From the NCBI GenBank assembly GCA_964016885.1, contig OZ024741.1, positions 318,928,001 to 318,992,000 on the forward strand: 64,000 bases of DNA, given 5' to 3'. Made by a program: the position numbers and the translations under genes. This DNA comes from Eledone cirrhosa. Taxonomy: Eukaryota. Positions 38,479-52,700 of this stretch are shown here, piece by piece (the first letter of the stretch is position 1; each line of letters begins with the position of its first letter). The notes under the pieces were generated by a model that did not search any database, was not told the DNA's origin, and saw only the letters and a program-made list of their open reading frames with translations.

Positions 38479-40724
38479 TACACACACACATACACGCACA
38501 ATAATTCCTTGACTTACTCACTCTTGTCATTTCAGCCATTGCTGTATTTTATTTTACATTCATTTAAATCAATTACAATGATTTTCTTTCATATTTTCTT
38601 TAGAGAGGCTGACAAACAAACAGATAGATAGACAAATATGTAGATAGATAGATAGGTAAGTAGACAAACAGATAGATGTATTTATTGTCCCAAAACAGAT
38701 ACATAGGTAGGTAGCTATTGATAAATACGGCATCTTGTCAACAATGAACATCTTGTCAACAATGTGGGAGAGGAGTAGGGAGAAAGATCAAATTACCATT
38801 TCCTACCAAAATTAGTACAAAGTGGTTGTCATATAACCTTGTGTTTTCTTATAAAGAAATATATTTTCCAGCTACTGAGCAACAAATGTTAGCACTACCA
38901 TGTTTAGCACTCCATAAGGTTTTGTGACTCAAATGCATTGTATTAACCACTGTAGGAGTGTATACTAGCATCAGCATGGCATGATCATAAACTGCAGAGT
39001 TAATGTATCAAAAATTGGAGAGTGAAATTGTGTAAGTATCTGATGAGCCAATTGTGTTTGAGTCACAATGGATCGTTTAAATTGTATTACGTAATTACAG
39101 TTGATTTTGAGCCATACAGGGTTGAAACATATGTCAAATGGTAAATTCACTCATCAATTTTTTATCCCTATGCACACCCCTTTAGCATTTAAACCGGCCA
39201 TAACCGGCCCCTAATACTGACATTAAGGTATTATCCTCAAAATATATAATATCAAAATCTCATAGATTAATATTATGTGAAATAATTATGTGAGATAAAG
39301 TGTTTACAATGAAATAAAGTTGAAAATACAATAGTAAATATAGAGTAATGTAAATGCTAAAAGGGTTAACTGGCCTCCTACAAGGTTGCATCTCATAGGT
39401 GTATGCTTGTTTCGTAAACCTTGAAAAGGCTTATGACCGCATTCCACAGGATCTGTTATGGAAAGTTCTACAGGAGTATGGAATTGATGGTCAGTTTTTT
39501 ATTGCCCTCAAGTTTCTATATGAATACCCTAGTATTTGTGTTCGGATAAATGGTGCTAGCCAAATCATTCAGTGTGTTTTGGACTCCGCCAAATGTGCAT
39601 ACTATCACTTCTAGTATTCATAATCTTCATGAACATGATTGACATAAATACACCCACCATCTTCATAAATAAAGGACACACTTGACAATGTAAACAGAAA
39701 TCATGTTTGCTTGAAGATAGCTGGGTTAACCCTTTAGCATTTAAACCGGCCATATCCAGCCAGAATTCTCTCACCTCTTTCTGTTCAAACCGGCTGTAAC
39801 CGGCCGCTCATACTGATGTTAAGGCATTGTTCTCAAAATAAATAATAACAAAATCTCATACATTCGATATCATGTGAGATAACTACGTGAGCTAAAGCCT
39901 TTAATGCGAAGATACAATATTAAATATAGAGTAATGTAAATGTTGAAGGGTTAATGAGTTAAACCACAATACATATGTAAGGCTCAAAGTTCTTGTGAAG
40001 TGGTAGCACCACTGTACCAAGGCTATCTCAGTTAAAACATGGAAAAAGTGAGCCTGCTATGCTAATCTAGGTGGAGCAAGAGGTCTGATTCTCAATAAAA
40101 AACATGGATACAAAGACATCCACACACACGTGACCCTTTCATTGTGTCAAGGGCATGACTATTTCCCTAGTGTTAGTGCCACAATAAAAAGCACCTTATA
40201 CACTCTGTAAACTGGTTGGTGTTAGGAGAGCCATAGAAAATTTGCTAAATATAACAATATCTTCAGTTGTGCTGGTGCCACAACAAAACACATCCAGTAC
40301 ACTGTATAAAGTGTAAGAACACACGAGATACAACCTCTGGCCCATCTGTGAGGATAGTGGCTCTAACTGAGTGCTGACATGCCAGCATGGAAAAATAAGC
40401 ATTATATGATACACACACAAACGTGTATCATCATCATCATCACCGTTTAAAGTCCATTTTCCCACGGTGGCATGGGTTAGACGAGTTATCCTGGTGTGAG
40501 CAGTGCCAGGTCAGGTGACCATCAGCTGGATGCCCTTCCTAATGCCAATCTCATTTACAGTGAGAGCTGGGTGCTTTTTGTTGTGAGGCCTGCACAACCA
40601 CTTTACAGTGTGGACTGGGTACTTTTTGCTGTGACACCTACATGACCAATTTACAGTGTGGGCTGGGCGCTTTTTGTCGAGTAGCCATCACAACCACTTT
40701 ACAGTGAAGCTGGAGGCTTCACTG

Positions 40725-40770
<46 letters not shown>

Positions 40771-43700
40771 CATACATATACAGGGTAACCCAAAAGTCGT
40801 AATACATAGGGAATTTTTAAGTTTTCATATTTATATATATACATACATACATACATACACAGGGTAACCCAAAAGTCGCAATACATAGGGAATTTTTAAG
40901 TTTCCATATTTATTTATTTTGAACAAATTTTTTCTTATAAAACAATTTTTTTTTTTGTGTCGCAACTTTTGGGCCACCCTGTATATACATACATACACAA
41001 ACACAGAGGAAAGGTAAATAAAAAAAGAAATACCCTTGATTCTGAATTTGATTCTGACTGATCTGAAGCTTTCTCTTCATTATCATCTGATTGGTCACTG
41101 AGACCATTGCTGGTAGACTTATCCTTCGGAGACAACCGACTATCACGGTCACCATCATCTGAAGATGACTCATCATCATCATCTTCATCTCCTCCACCAC
41201 CATCATCATCATCCTCTTCCTCATCACTCTCATTGTCTTCATGTTTATCTTCCTCTTCATCTTCACTTATCAAATCCATGAGTATTTTATCAATTTCTTT
41301 TTTCCTGGAGAAAAAAAAAATATATATATATATATTTCATCTGAGAATACCCCCAACATCCATGCCATGGGCCTGTAACTCCTGATGGAGTCATAGGGGC
41401 ACTGGCATGTTTTGGCTATTTTAAACACTGTGGAGCCCATCCCTAGCAGATTTCTTCCAGAGAAAGAAGGGAAATAAGAGAGAGAGTGAGAGAGAAGAAA
41501 AGAGACAAGTGAGAAAGAATCAACTCCAACACAGGACTGGTACTTTATTATATCGATCATGAAAGGATGACAGGCAAGTTTGACCTCAGCAGGATTTGAG
41601 CACAGAAAGCTGGAACAAATACCCCAAAGCATTCCATCAATGTTCTAACAACCAGTAATTCGTTACCTCCACCAACAGTAAAGTCTTCACTTAAATACTG
41701 CAAATTTTCACAACGATCCGTCCATTTGTAAAGATTGTAATTAACAAACCTAATTTGAAATATCTTCTACTAAATTATTACAGGATGTTGAGAGATAATA
41801 CTGCAATTTTCAGAGATCTATCCACTAGTAAAATACTATAAACAATAGAATTAAACATTTAAAAATATTTTCTGCTAAATCGTTACAGGATGTTAAGATA
41901 TAATTTCCAAATGATCGCAAAGACCTGCCCACTAGTAAAGATACTAAAAACATTTGAATTAACAAACCCGTTTTTAAATATTTTCTAAATTATTACAGGA
42001 TGTTAAGAGAGAATGCTGCAATTTTCACAACACACTGTTCACTAATAAAGATACTATAAACATTTGGATTAAACTTGTTTTTAGATATTTTCTGCTAAAT
42101 CATTACAGGATGGTAAGTTCATTACCCAACTCATTACCAATCCTGACCCTATTTTCAGAACCTCTTCATCTCAATATCTTTCCATCTTCCAGCTGCTGGC
42201 AATTTGTTAACCATTTTGATGCCATCCCTAGTTTCTAACTATTTGTTCTAAAATTTATCTAAAAATCCATCCATCATAATTCTATGTAAGAACCTTTATT
42301 ATGTTCCAAACACCAGCTTAATAATGAGAAAGTTAGTTATATTACTAAATCCCTCCAAATTCTTGATTAGCTTCAAAATTAATTGAAAATGTAAGGCAGT
42401 GTCTTTTATTAGAAATACGATAATGTAAGAGTGCAAGTATTTAATGTCATCTTCATCATTTAACATCCTGTTTGCAAGGGTTGTACAGGTCATCACAGTT
42501 CAAGCCAGTAACTCAAGCAGGAAATTTTGAGTGTTTTAATTATAACAGCCCTAGTCCCATTACAATATAACAGTATGTTAACTTAATGTCTTGTACCACA
42601 TAAAACTGCATTAGTAAAACATTCTTGTATAATACCAAAAAAAGCATTATGACTGTATCACAGTTTTCTGCAACTTTTCACAATTTATCCACTAATAAAG
42701 ATACTATAAACATTTGAATTAACAGACATGTTTTTAGATATTTTCTACTAAATCATTACAGGATGTTAAGAGTTAAGATAACATTTTTATAGAGTAATAT
42801 AGTATAGTAATATAACATTTAGTATAATATAACAACAAATTATGATGGAAGGTGTTTATGTAAATATATATACTTTTAAACAAGCTACTTTGCATCATAA
42901 AACCAGGTCAATTACAGGTAATTTGATACCAAAAGGGTTATCACTGACATAATGAAACCGTTTCTAAAAATACCAACTAAATACAATAAGGATTGAATAG
43001 TTAGCAAACTAGATATTTCTCACAGAACTAGCTATAAAGATTTATTCAGTTCAAGATAAGAAGATCAAACACTGAATGTTTGTATGACAAAAATGTTACA
43101 ACAAAAGATTATCAACAAAATTCTCTCTAGAACATTCGTTTGTTCTCAACACTGTGAGAAATACCATAATATATAGTTTCTACCCTTTTGATACCTAACT
43201 CGCTCTGGTTCTATAATTTAAAGCTGTTTATTTTAAAGAGTTTATATTTATCTAAAAGACTTCCATCATAATTTTAAGAACTCCTGAGATACAACCTCCT
43301 AGGAGGCCAGCTAAATCTGCATATGTGTGAGCTGTAACAACATGACAGGACTAGGCTTCTATCATTAAAATACCCAAGAAACCTTCTGAGATACAACCTC
43401 ATAGGAAGCTAGCTAAACCTACTTAGGTATGAGCTGCAAAAATACAACCCCCCCCCCCCCAACAAATCACATAAACCCATATACATTCAGTGCTTTATTC
43501 ATATGAACCATGTATGTATATTAAGACCATATAAGTAGTATATATTGATATATAGATATATAATACTAATGTTGATACAACACCAAAGGATTTATAGTGA
43601 AACAATAATACTGATAATACAACTTATTGTTATTATTAGGATTGGCAGTATCGGTAGAGGGTCTGACGCCATGCTTTGCAGCAAAGAGTTACTGCCCTTT

Positions 43701-46700
43701 ATGGTCTGAGTTCAAATCCCACCGAGGTTAACTTTACCTTTCATCCTTACGGGGTCGATAAAATAAAGTACCAGTAATACACTGGAATAATTGCTGGCCT
43801 TGTACCAAAAGTAGAAACAATTATTATTGGTCAAGTACTGAATTTGATATAATTGACTCTTCACCCAAATTGCTGGCCTTGTACCTAAATTAGAAACCAT
43901 TATTACTATTATTATGTAAACCTGGGTTAACTAAACAATGAGAAATTGACTGACATCCACCACTTAGGACACATAATGCAATGTTGAAATGAGAATAGAT
44001 TTCATTGTGTTTGAAATGTAGGTTTTGGCATCTCTTTATGGAATAAACAATTTACTGTGTGTGTATGTATGTACAATATATATATATGGGTGTGTGTGGC
44101 CTCATAGTTTAGTGGTTAAGGTGTTAGGATCATGATGATAAGGTTGTGAGATGGCATGTGTCCTTCAGCAAAACACTTTATTTCATGTTGCTCTTTTATT
44201 TTAAAGGGCTTGTCTTGTCACACATTGTGTTATGCTGAATCTTCCTGAGAATTACATTAAGAACACACATGCCTGTGGAATGTTGAGGCATACACTATAA
44301 TAGAAGATTGTATCTATAATTCAAAGTGCTAGCCTTGTCACACCCTGTGTCATGTTGACTCTCCCTGAGAAATACAGTATGGGTACACATGTCTGTGGAA
44401 TGCACAACCACTTGCACATTAATTTCATGAGCAGGCTGTTCGATTGTTCAAATAACTAAAAGGCAGGAAATGATGAAGGTCCAACTACAATATTTTGGGT
44501 TTACTAAATAAGCTTTGTTTATAAGTATGTTAACTCTTTTGTTACTAAACCACCTAAAACTACACTTGTTTCTATGATACAAAACTGTTTATTTCAAAAT
44601 GTTTATATTTATCAAAAAAATTTTCCATTATAATTTGTTCCAAACATCAGCTAAATAATGAACAAGTTAGTTATATTGCTAAATCTCTCCCAAATTGATT
44701 TTTTTTTCAAAATTATTTGAAAATCAGAGGTAGCCTCTCTCAGAAATGTAGTAACGAAAATGTCAGCCCTTTTCATACCAAACCATCTGAAACTACACCT
44801 GTATGATACAAAGCTGTTTGTTTTAAAGAGTTCATATTTATTTAACCCTTTAGCATTTCATTACTCTATATATACTATTGTATTTTCACAGTAAAGGTTT
44901 ATCTCACATAATATTGAATCTATGAGATTTTGATATTTATTTTGAGAACAATACCTTAATATCAGTATGAGTGACCAGTTACAGCCGGTTTGTACAGAAA
45001 GGTGAGAAAATTCTGGCCAGTTTAAATGGTAAAGGGTTAAAAACATTATATCTTGATTTTATGTAAGAATCTTTGTTAAGCTATGTTCTAAACACCAACT
45101 TGATAACAAGAAAGTGCTGGTACATCGTTTGAGTGTATTAGTGTTTGATACACATGTCATTTCATCTGAAACTGTATATGTTGCAGAGATAAAACATGTT
45201 ACAATCACATGCATTAATGACGTCAAAACCAACATATTTAATAATTAGATGCAGGCATGGTTGTGCGGTTAAGGAATTCACTTCATAACCACATGGTTTC
45301 AAGTTTCTTCCTATTCTGTAGTACCTTGAGCAAGTGGTTCTATTATAGCCTCAGGTTGAACAAAGCCTATGGCTTAGTGGTTAGAGTATTTGGCTCACAA
45401 TTGTAAGGTTCCAAGTTTCATTCCCAGTGATCCCTTGTGTCCTTGAGCAAGACACTTTAGTCCACTTGGCAGGGGAAAAAATAGTTGTACATGCTGAATT
45501 TCCCTGAAAAGAATATGTGTCTGGAACGCTGTTACATGCATGTTAATTTCTCAAGCAGGCTGATCTGCTGACTGAATCAACCGGAACACTCTTCGTTGGG
45601 ACTGACAGAAGTCCAACACACACGCATTTACAGTGCTGGTGCCATAATACAGTCTACTTTGTGGAGTGTCAGTGCTGGTGCTATGATAAAATGCACCCAG
45701 TACACACAGTATATAATATTTATATTTTAGCACAAGTGAATTCAGAAAAAATCTAGGCATAAGAGGAATTGGATGCAGTGTGCAAGCAAGAAGACTGCAT
45801 TAGTGTGGGAATGTGATGCGTATGGAAGATAATAGCTGTATAAAGAAGTGCAGAGAAATCTCATTGGATGGGACGTTAAACCTGTACAGATATGGGATGA
45901 AGTAGTGAAAACCGACCTTAAAAGGTTAATGAAGACAAAGGATTACCTCCCAATATAAAAATGGGACTTGTTCATTCATGCCACTTTCCTCTATCGCTCC
46001 TTAGTAACTGTACTCACACGTGGTAAAACTCACTACACCTGTCATAGCTCTTTAGTAACTGTGTGTGTGTCATCATCTTTATCCACATGTTTATCCATGT
46101 TTGCAGAGATTGTTAGGTCTTCTCTGGCACCACTTCCCTCCACTAATGGGATTCCTTCATTATCTCCTCTGTGAGGTTCAGCAATTTTAGATCCACTTTA
46201 ATCACCTCTGATTAAGTCTTCCTCTACTATAGCTGTTACTTTGAGATTTCTTGGCATTTGTTCCCTCAATAATCATCATATCCATATGCATCACATGTCC
46301 ATACCTGTGTAGCCTACTCTCTTGCACACCTCATTTCATTCTTCTTATACCTTGTCTTTCAGTTCATATATGCTTTGCCATTCATGCACATTAACATCAC
46401 ACATTCATCAAAGCATGCTCACTTAAATTCACTCTAGCTTTTATAATCATCAGCATTTATTGCTCATGTTTAACTTCCATGTATTGTACCACACTTCACA
46501 TACAGGTATCATACAGCAAGCCTTCCATCCATAGAGAGACTTTTTATTGTCAACAGAGGTAATAGCTCTCTGAACTTTTCCTATCCTGTTTTTATTCAAG
46601 CTACTATGCCTTCAGAGCAACTTCCTCCACTGTCAATCAGATCACCTAGGTAACAGAAGCTATCAACTACAATGAAGCCTTCCCAAGATTTAAACAAATT

Positions 46701-49700
46701 TATTTTCTTGATGCTCTCACTACCAACTATACTTTTCGGTTATTCTGCCTACAATCCCAATACGCCCAGTGTGCCCATAATTTACACTGTGTACATTGTA
46801 TAGAGTTCCTACCTACTCCTTTACATATCAAACAAGGCTACTTCTACGATAGGAGAAGAGTCCGGTCTTCTTTCCTATTTAGTAAAACTTTAGTTTTTGC
46901 GCAATTTACTCTAAGCCATTTTCATTCTAAGTTGTTTCCACAACAGGAATTTCTTCTTTAGCTCTCCCACAGATTCAACTTTAAAAATCAAGTCATCAGC
47001 ATATAGACGATTTCAGCATCTCAAGGATTATATTTAACGGTCCAATAGCTTTATCATTTTTCATCTCATTGATTGCTTCTATAACTGTCAACTTTGATAG
47101 CTGATCCCTCTGTTTGGTTAGCAAAGAGCAGTCTCTCTTCCATTCTCCATATTCATCAACATCTCATCATAGCATTTCCAGGTTTCTTTCTTCTGAATGT
47201 CAGTGAAACTAAGTGCACCAGTGTCATTTTGAATACACTTTTCCTCAACAACACCCTGATTCACACACTAATATACACAACACACATTTCCTGACTGATG
47301 ATATGCCATAGTACAAAAGACCTGCCTGCTAATACAAGCACAACAACACAAGTAAATGTGGTGAGAGACCAGAGGCTACAGTGTTGGTGATTGAACCGAG
47401 ACATTATAGAGTCTGGGAGGACTCTTCAGTTTGGCTGAGCATGCAACAAACTCTAGTGTTGATGCCATGATAAAATGCACCCAGTATACTTTGTAAAGTG
47501 GTGGTGCTGATGCCATAAAAAACACTCAGTACACCCTGTAACGTGGTTAGAATTAGGAAGGGCACCCAGTCAGAAAAGCCATGCCAAAATGGAATATAGT
47601 GAAAAGCCGCCGCTCCAATTTGCCAGGTCTCAAACCATAACAATCCATTCAACCCAGGCCAGCATGGGAAGCAGATGTAAAAACAATGATGATGATAATG
47701 CTCAGTCTACTATAAACACAAATTGAAATTATTCTGTAAATGAAAGCATTACTGAATGGAACAATAATGAAAGTATTAAAACAACTTTTATTTCATCAAT
47801 ATAATTGCGATCTACCGTATATACTCGCGTATAGGTCGCACTTTTTTAACGATAAATAAGTATAAATTTTTGGGGTGCGACCTATCCGATCGACATCAGA
47901 CTGACCAATGATTTTTCATAGACTTAACGATGAGTATTTATAAAAATAACTTTGTTAATATTTTTTATTATTTAACATAATAATTTCATATATCTACCTT
48001 CTTATACATATATTTCTTGATTTTAAATTTTTTACTAAAACTTTGTAGTGTTTACGGTTTTTTCTATCTGACCGAACCATCTGCCATTAAAATCCATAGA
48101 AATGCATACCCGGTATTTAAAATGTGATTTCATTGTCTTAGCGTTACTATGAACACGTATTGTGACGTATTTACTTTAACAGGAAACAGATTATTGCAAG
48201 TGGCGTTTCTTTTCAAAATTAGCAAGTGTGAAAAGTTAATAGTTGAAATTTTTTTTATAATTGACTGAGAAAAAGTTATCAAGCAGATGATATTGAAGAA
48301 TGTGAAGATGAATTGAATGACTATTATAACGAATGCACAGTTAAAGATGAAGAAATGAAAAAACTATTTAATTAACAGGTGTGAAAGTAATTACTTTATG
48401 GATAAACACAAAAATTTTAACTTTATCTGCCTTACCTGTTAGATTTGTTGCAAAAAATTCAATAATGACCTAGATGTTGACTTCCATCAGTTCTAGCAGT
48501 TTTCCGAACAGGTAAATTAATTAAAAATGCAGATACAAGGTTTTAGTCTTTCTCTACATTCCAGACAAATATTTTCATTGAAAAAAATGTATAAAACCTT
48601 TTCACCAGTCAAAATAATACTTGCAATGTACTCTTACACAATGTACGGTGTAAATTTACGTAACAGAGTGTTCCCAATATATAAGTTCATTAACAGGTGT
48701 GAACATGTATTGGTGTTGTATCTTTCAACCACGTTGCTGTAATATTTTCAATGGTATCCGTCAGACCTTCGCTTTCAAAGTAACTCTCATCGTCAGAAAT
48801 AAATACGTCTGATTCATTTGAAGATAAATCACTAATATTATCTTGTGTTTCTTTTTCCTTTTGAATGTCGTCGCATGTAAAACCTTCAAAGTCGGTATTC
48901 GCTACTTTGGGAAGCCATGTTGATACGCTAAAAATCTGTTATACTTTCAATGTTTAAAAACACGTGTTATTTGAAGTTGTTTCACTATATTAAGATTTAA
49001 TTTTTGCGCTTAAAGGCAGTAATCTCGAATTGACGAAATTTATTTTATAAATAAAACATGGTTTGGAGTATATATATCGCAACGGTGAAGTAATGGAAAG
49101 CTAACAGATTATTAGTTTCAATTATCATAAAAAATAGTAGTTTGACGGCCCAAATTTCAGTGCGACCTATCTGCAAGTCAATGGCAAATAGCCTATTTGT
49201 TAAATGAAAAGTGGGTATGCGACCTATCTGCTGGGCCGACCTATACGCGAGTATATACGGTAGATGTTTAAATTGATAGAATTTTCAGTCCAACACTAAA
49301 CTCTTCTACAATAACTAGCTGATCCTGTGGAAATTTCAGTTTTTAATTAGAAAAAAAAAAAAACACCAGGAATTTAAGATCAATATGGCATTTAAAATTC
49401 TTTATTATTAATAAGTTTATATTATCTCTCTCTCTCCCTATATATATCATCATCATCATTTTACGTCTGCTTTTCCCTGCTTGCAAGGGTTGGACGGGTC
49501 CTATTCAGCACAGCATCTCTCCACTTGTCACAGTCCTTCGTCATCTCCGTGAGTTTCAGCGATCTGAGGTCTGCTCTCACCACCTCCGCTCATGTTTTTC
49601 GTGGTCTACCTCTACTGCATCTTCCTTCTACTAGGATTTCTTGGCACTTCTTTACCCAGCAGTCATCCTCCATGCGCATCACATGTCCATACCATCTCAG

Positions 49701-52700
49701 TCTTCTCTCCTGCACACCACAACTTATCCCTCTTATACCCAGTTCAGGATTGCCAGACAATGTGACAAGGAAAACCGTGATATTGTCGGGGAGAAGTGTG
49801 TCCGTAATGATAATGGTGTACTTGCCCTCACAGATACTGAGAAGAAGATAGCTTGGAATTGTCACTACGAGAGACTATTAAATGAGGAGAATAAATGGGA
49901 AAAAGTCTACCCAAATCGATTCAATAAAAGGACCAGTGGTGCAAGTTAAAGGTAGTATAATAAGTAAAGCAATCAAAGATATGAAGACGGGCAAGGTAGC
50001 TGGGAGATAGGTGCTGAGATGTTGAAAGCATCTGGAATAGGGGAAATTATAGAGGCATTAAGTTAGTTGACTAGGTCATGAAGGTCACAAAGTGTTATAG
50101 CACAACTAATCAGAGAGCGAATTGATCTAGATGAAATGCAGTTTTTGTTTGTGTCAGGTAAAAGTACCACAGACGCTCTTTTCCTTGTACGACAACTACA
50201 GGAGAAGTACCTAGCTAAAAGTAAACCCCTCTACTTAGCTTTTGTAGACCTGGAGAATGCCTTTGACAGAATCCCCCGCTCCATTATCTGGTGGGCTCTT
50301 AGAAAACTAGGTGTAGATGAATGGCTTGTGAGAGCTATACAGGCCATGTATAAAGAAACAGTCAGTTCAGTAAGGTTAGAATTAACAATGAATATAGTGA
50401 AGAATTTAGTGTAAAAGTTGGTGTTCATCAAGGCTCCTTAACCCCCTCCTATTTATTATTGCCCATCAGGCTATAACAGAGGAATTTAAGACCGGCTGCC
50501 AATGGGAACTCCTATATGCAGATGATCTAACTCTCATAGCTGAATCTATGGCTGAAGTACAGAAGAAATTCCAAACATGGAAGCATGGCCTAGAATCAAA
50601 AGGCCTTAAACTTGTCTAAGTTTGTAAAAAGGAAAATAGAGCACAGGTGCCCTCAGGGAAATGGCCATGGTCAGTGTGTAGGAAAGGAGTAGGTAGAAAT
50701 TCCATTTTATGTCCCAAATGCAAACTATGTGTACATAAAAGATGTAGTAGGATCACAGGTAAACTAAGATTTGTGGCCAATGCTCAGGTGTAATAAGTAG
50801 CAAGTGCCCACAGGATACTAGCTCCTTCTATTGCCCAGATGGTTCTATAGAAATAGTGAACACTTTCCGTTATCTGGATGACAAAATCAGCAGTGGTGGA
50901 GGGTGCTCTGAAAGTACAGTAGCCAGAGTCAGAACAGGATGGAAAATGAAGCGCATTTTTAAGAGAGAAAAAAACGCACATGCTATTCAGTACCTAGAGT
51001 GTCTTGTAAAACGTAGGTTACTAAAAATAACAACCAGATTCACTCAACTTAAAAATGCACTTCATTTAGTCTTCTGAGATATTTAGAAGTGAAGGGATTA
51101 CTAATCTGTACATTCACTGAAGAGCAATCGGATTTGTAACTCTCTCCACTTTGTTGCGAAACAGTTCTACCAAAGACTGTCTGGATGTGATAGTTATAAT
51201 GATTTGGTTTGTATTTCTTAATTTATCTTTTTAATTGAGTCTGGCAAACCTTATTGTTCATAGTTAGTATCTTATTCAGCCAGGCAGTTTACATCCCTTA
51301 TGATTTGAACGCATATATGTATATAATATAATAATAATAATGAAATTATTGTGTACAGTGCTCAGGTGCACTACAACTCATCAAAGGTGCATGTATAGTA
51401 CATAGAATAATGTACAAATGTCAGGAAAATAAACAGTGTATGAGTCATGATATAATAACAATAACGAAATATTGTGCACAGTGCCCAGGTGCACCACAAC
51501 TCATCAAAAAAGTGCATGTACAGTACATAGGGCAATGCACAAACATCAGTAAAATGAACAGTATATCTGTGTTTATGTCTATTATATTAAATTATATTAT
51601 AAGGCTCGGAAAATTTTTTTCCTTGAGCTATTTTAATTATAAGGGACTATTGTGAGTTTTTAACTCAATATATACTTTTGATATATATATATATATTTGT
51701 AATTAAATACTGTTTGTGTGTGCGTGTATATATATGTATATATAATATAAACTTAAAGAATTTTAAATGCCATATTGATCTTAAATTCCTGGTGTTTTTT
51801 TCTAATTATATATATATATATAAATATATATATATATAAATATAACCGAAGATTAATATGGTTCATTGATTACTCAATGAATACAGTTTTACAATAGATT
51901 AAAAGCATGTAACAGCGAAATATTCCTGGAGTTTTAATATTGAAATTATTAACAAATGAAGATATTCACATAATCAAAATATATGCTTTATTATATATAT
52001 TTCAAAGGTACTGTGTTGTTTTTTTCCCAGTACGTCCTCATACTGCCAATACTGGAATTGAAATATCAAGACCGTAGAGGTATGTCATATATCAAATCAT
52101 ATATTTTATCTGAGGACGTACTGGGAAAAAAACAACACAGTACCTTCGAAATATATATAATAAAGCATATATTTTGATTATGTGAATATTTTCATTTGTT
52201 AATATTTTGAATAAAATTATATATAAATAAATATAAATATATATATAAATATATATACGAGTGGGGATCAAAAAGTTTGCGGAATTTTATCGTAGCAAGA
52301 AAAAAAATCAGGTTAAAACATTATTAAACATGTCAGAACATTGTCACTGGGTTTTACTTTGCTATTAGTCACTTGCAGTCAGTTATGCGTGGACTATTGT
52401 ACAGTACTGACACTCTTTAAAAAACCTCTTTTTGGAACAATGGAAAATAGTTATTTTGAGATAATATTGAATATCAAGTTTCTAGTGAAACTCAAATGGA
52501 AAGGGACACAGATTAGGGAGGCTTTAGTTAAAGTTTACGGTATTACTGCTCCAAAGAAAATTGCTGTCTACAAGGGAGAGACAACCTTGAAGACGACCAT
52601 GAACATCAAAAAATGACCAAAACGTTGAGGCTGCTCAGACTTTAATTGAAGAAGATCGAAGAATAACAGTTAATCAGACATTTCATATGGTTCGGCAAAT

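Noticed and set aside
41107-41385. Ser-rich plus-strand ORF
   Set aside because: Antisense reading of the acidic exon 3.
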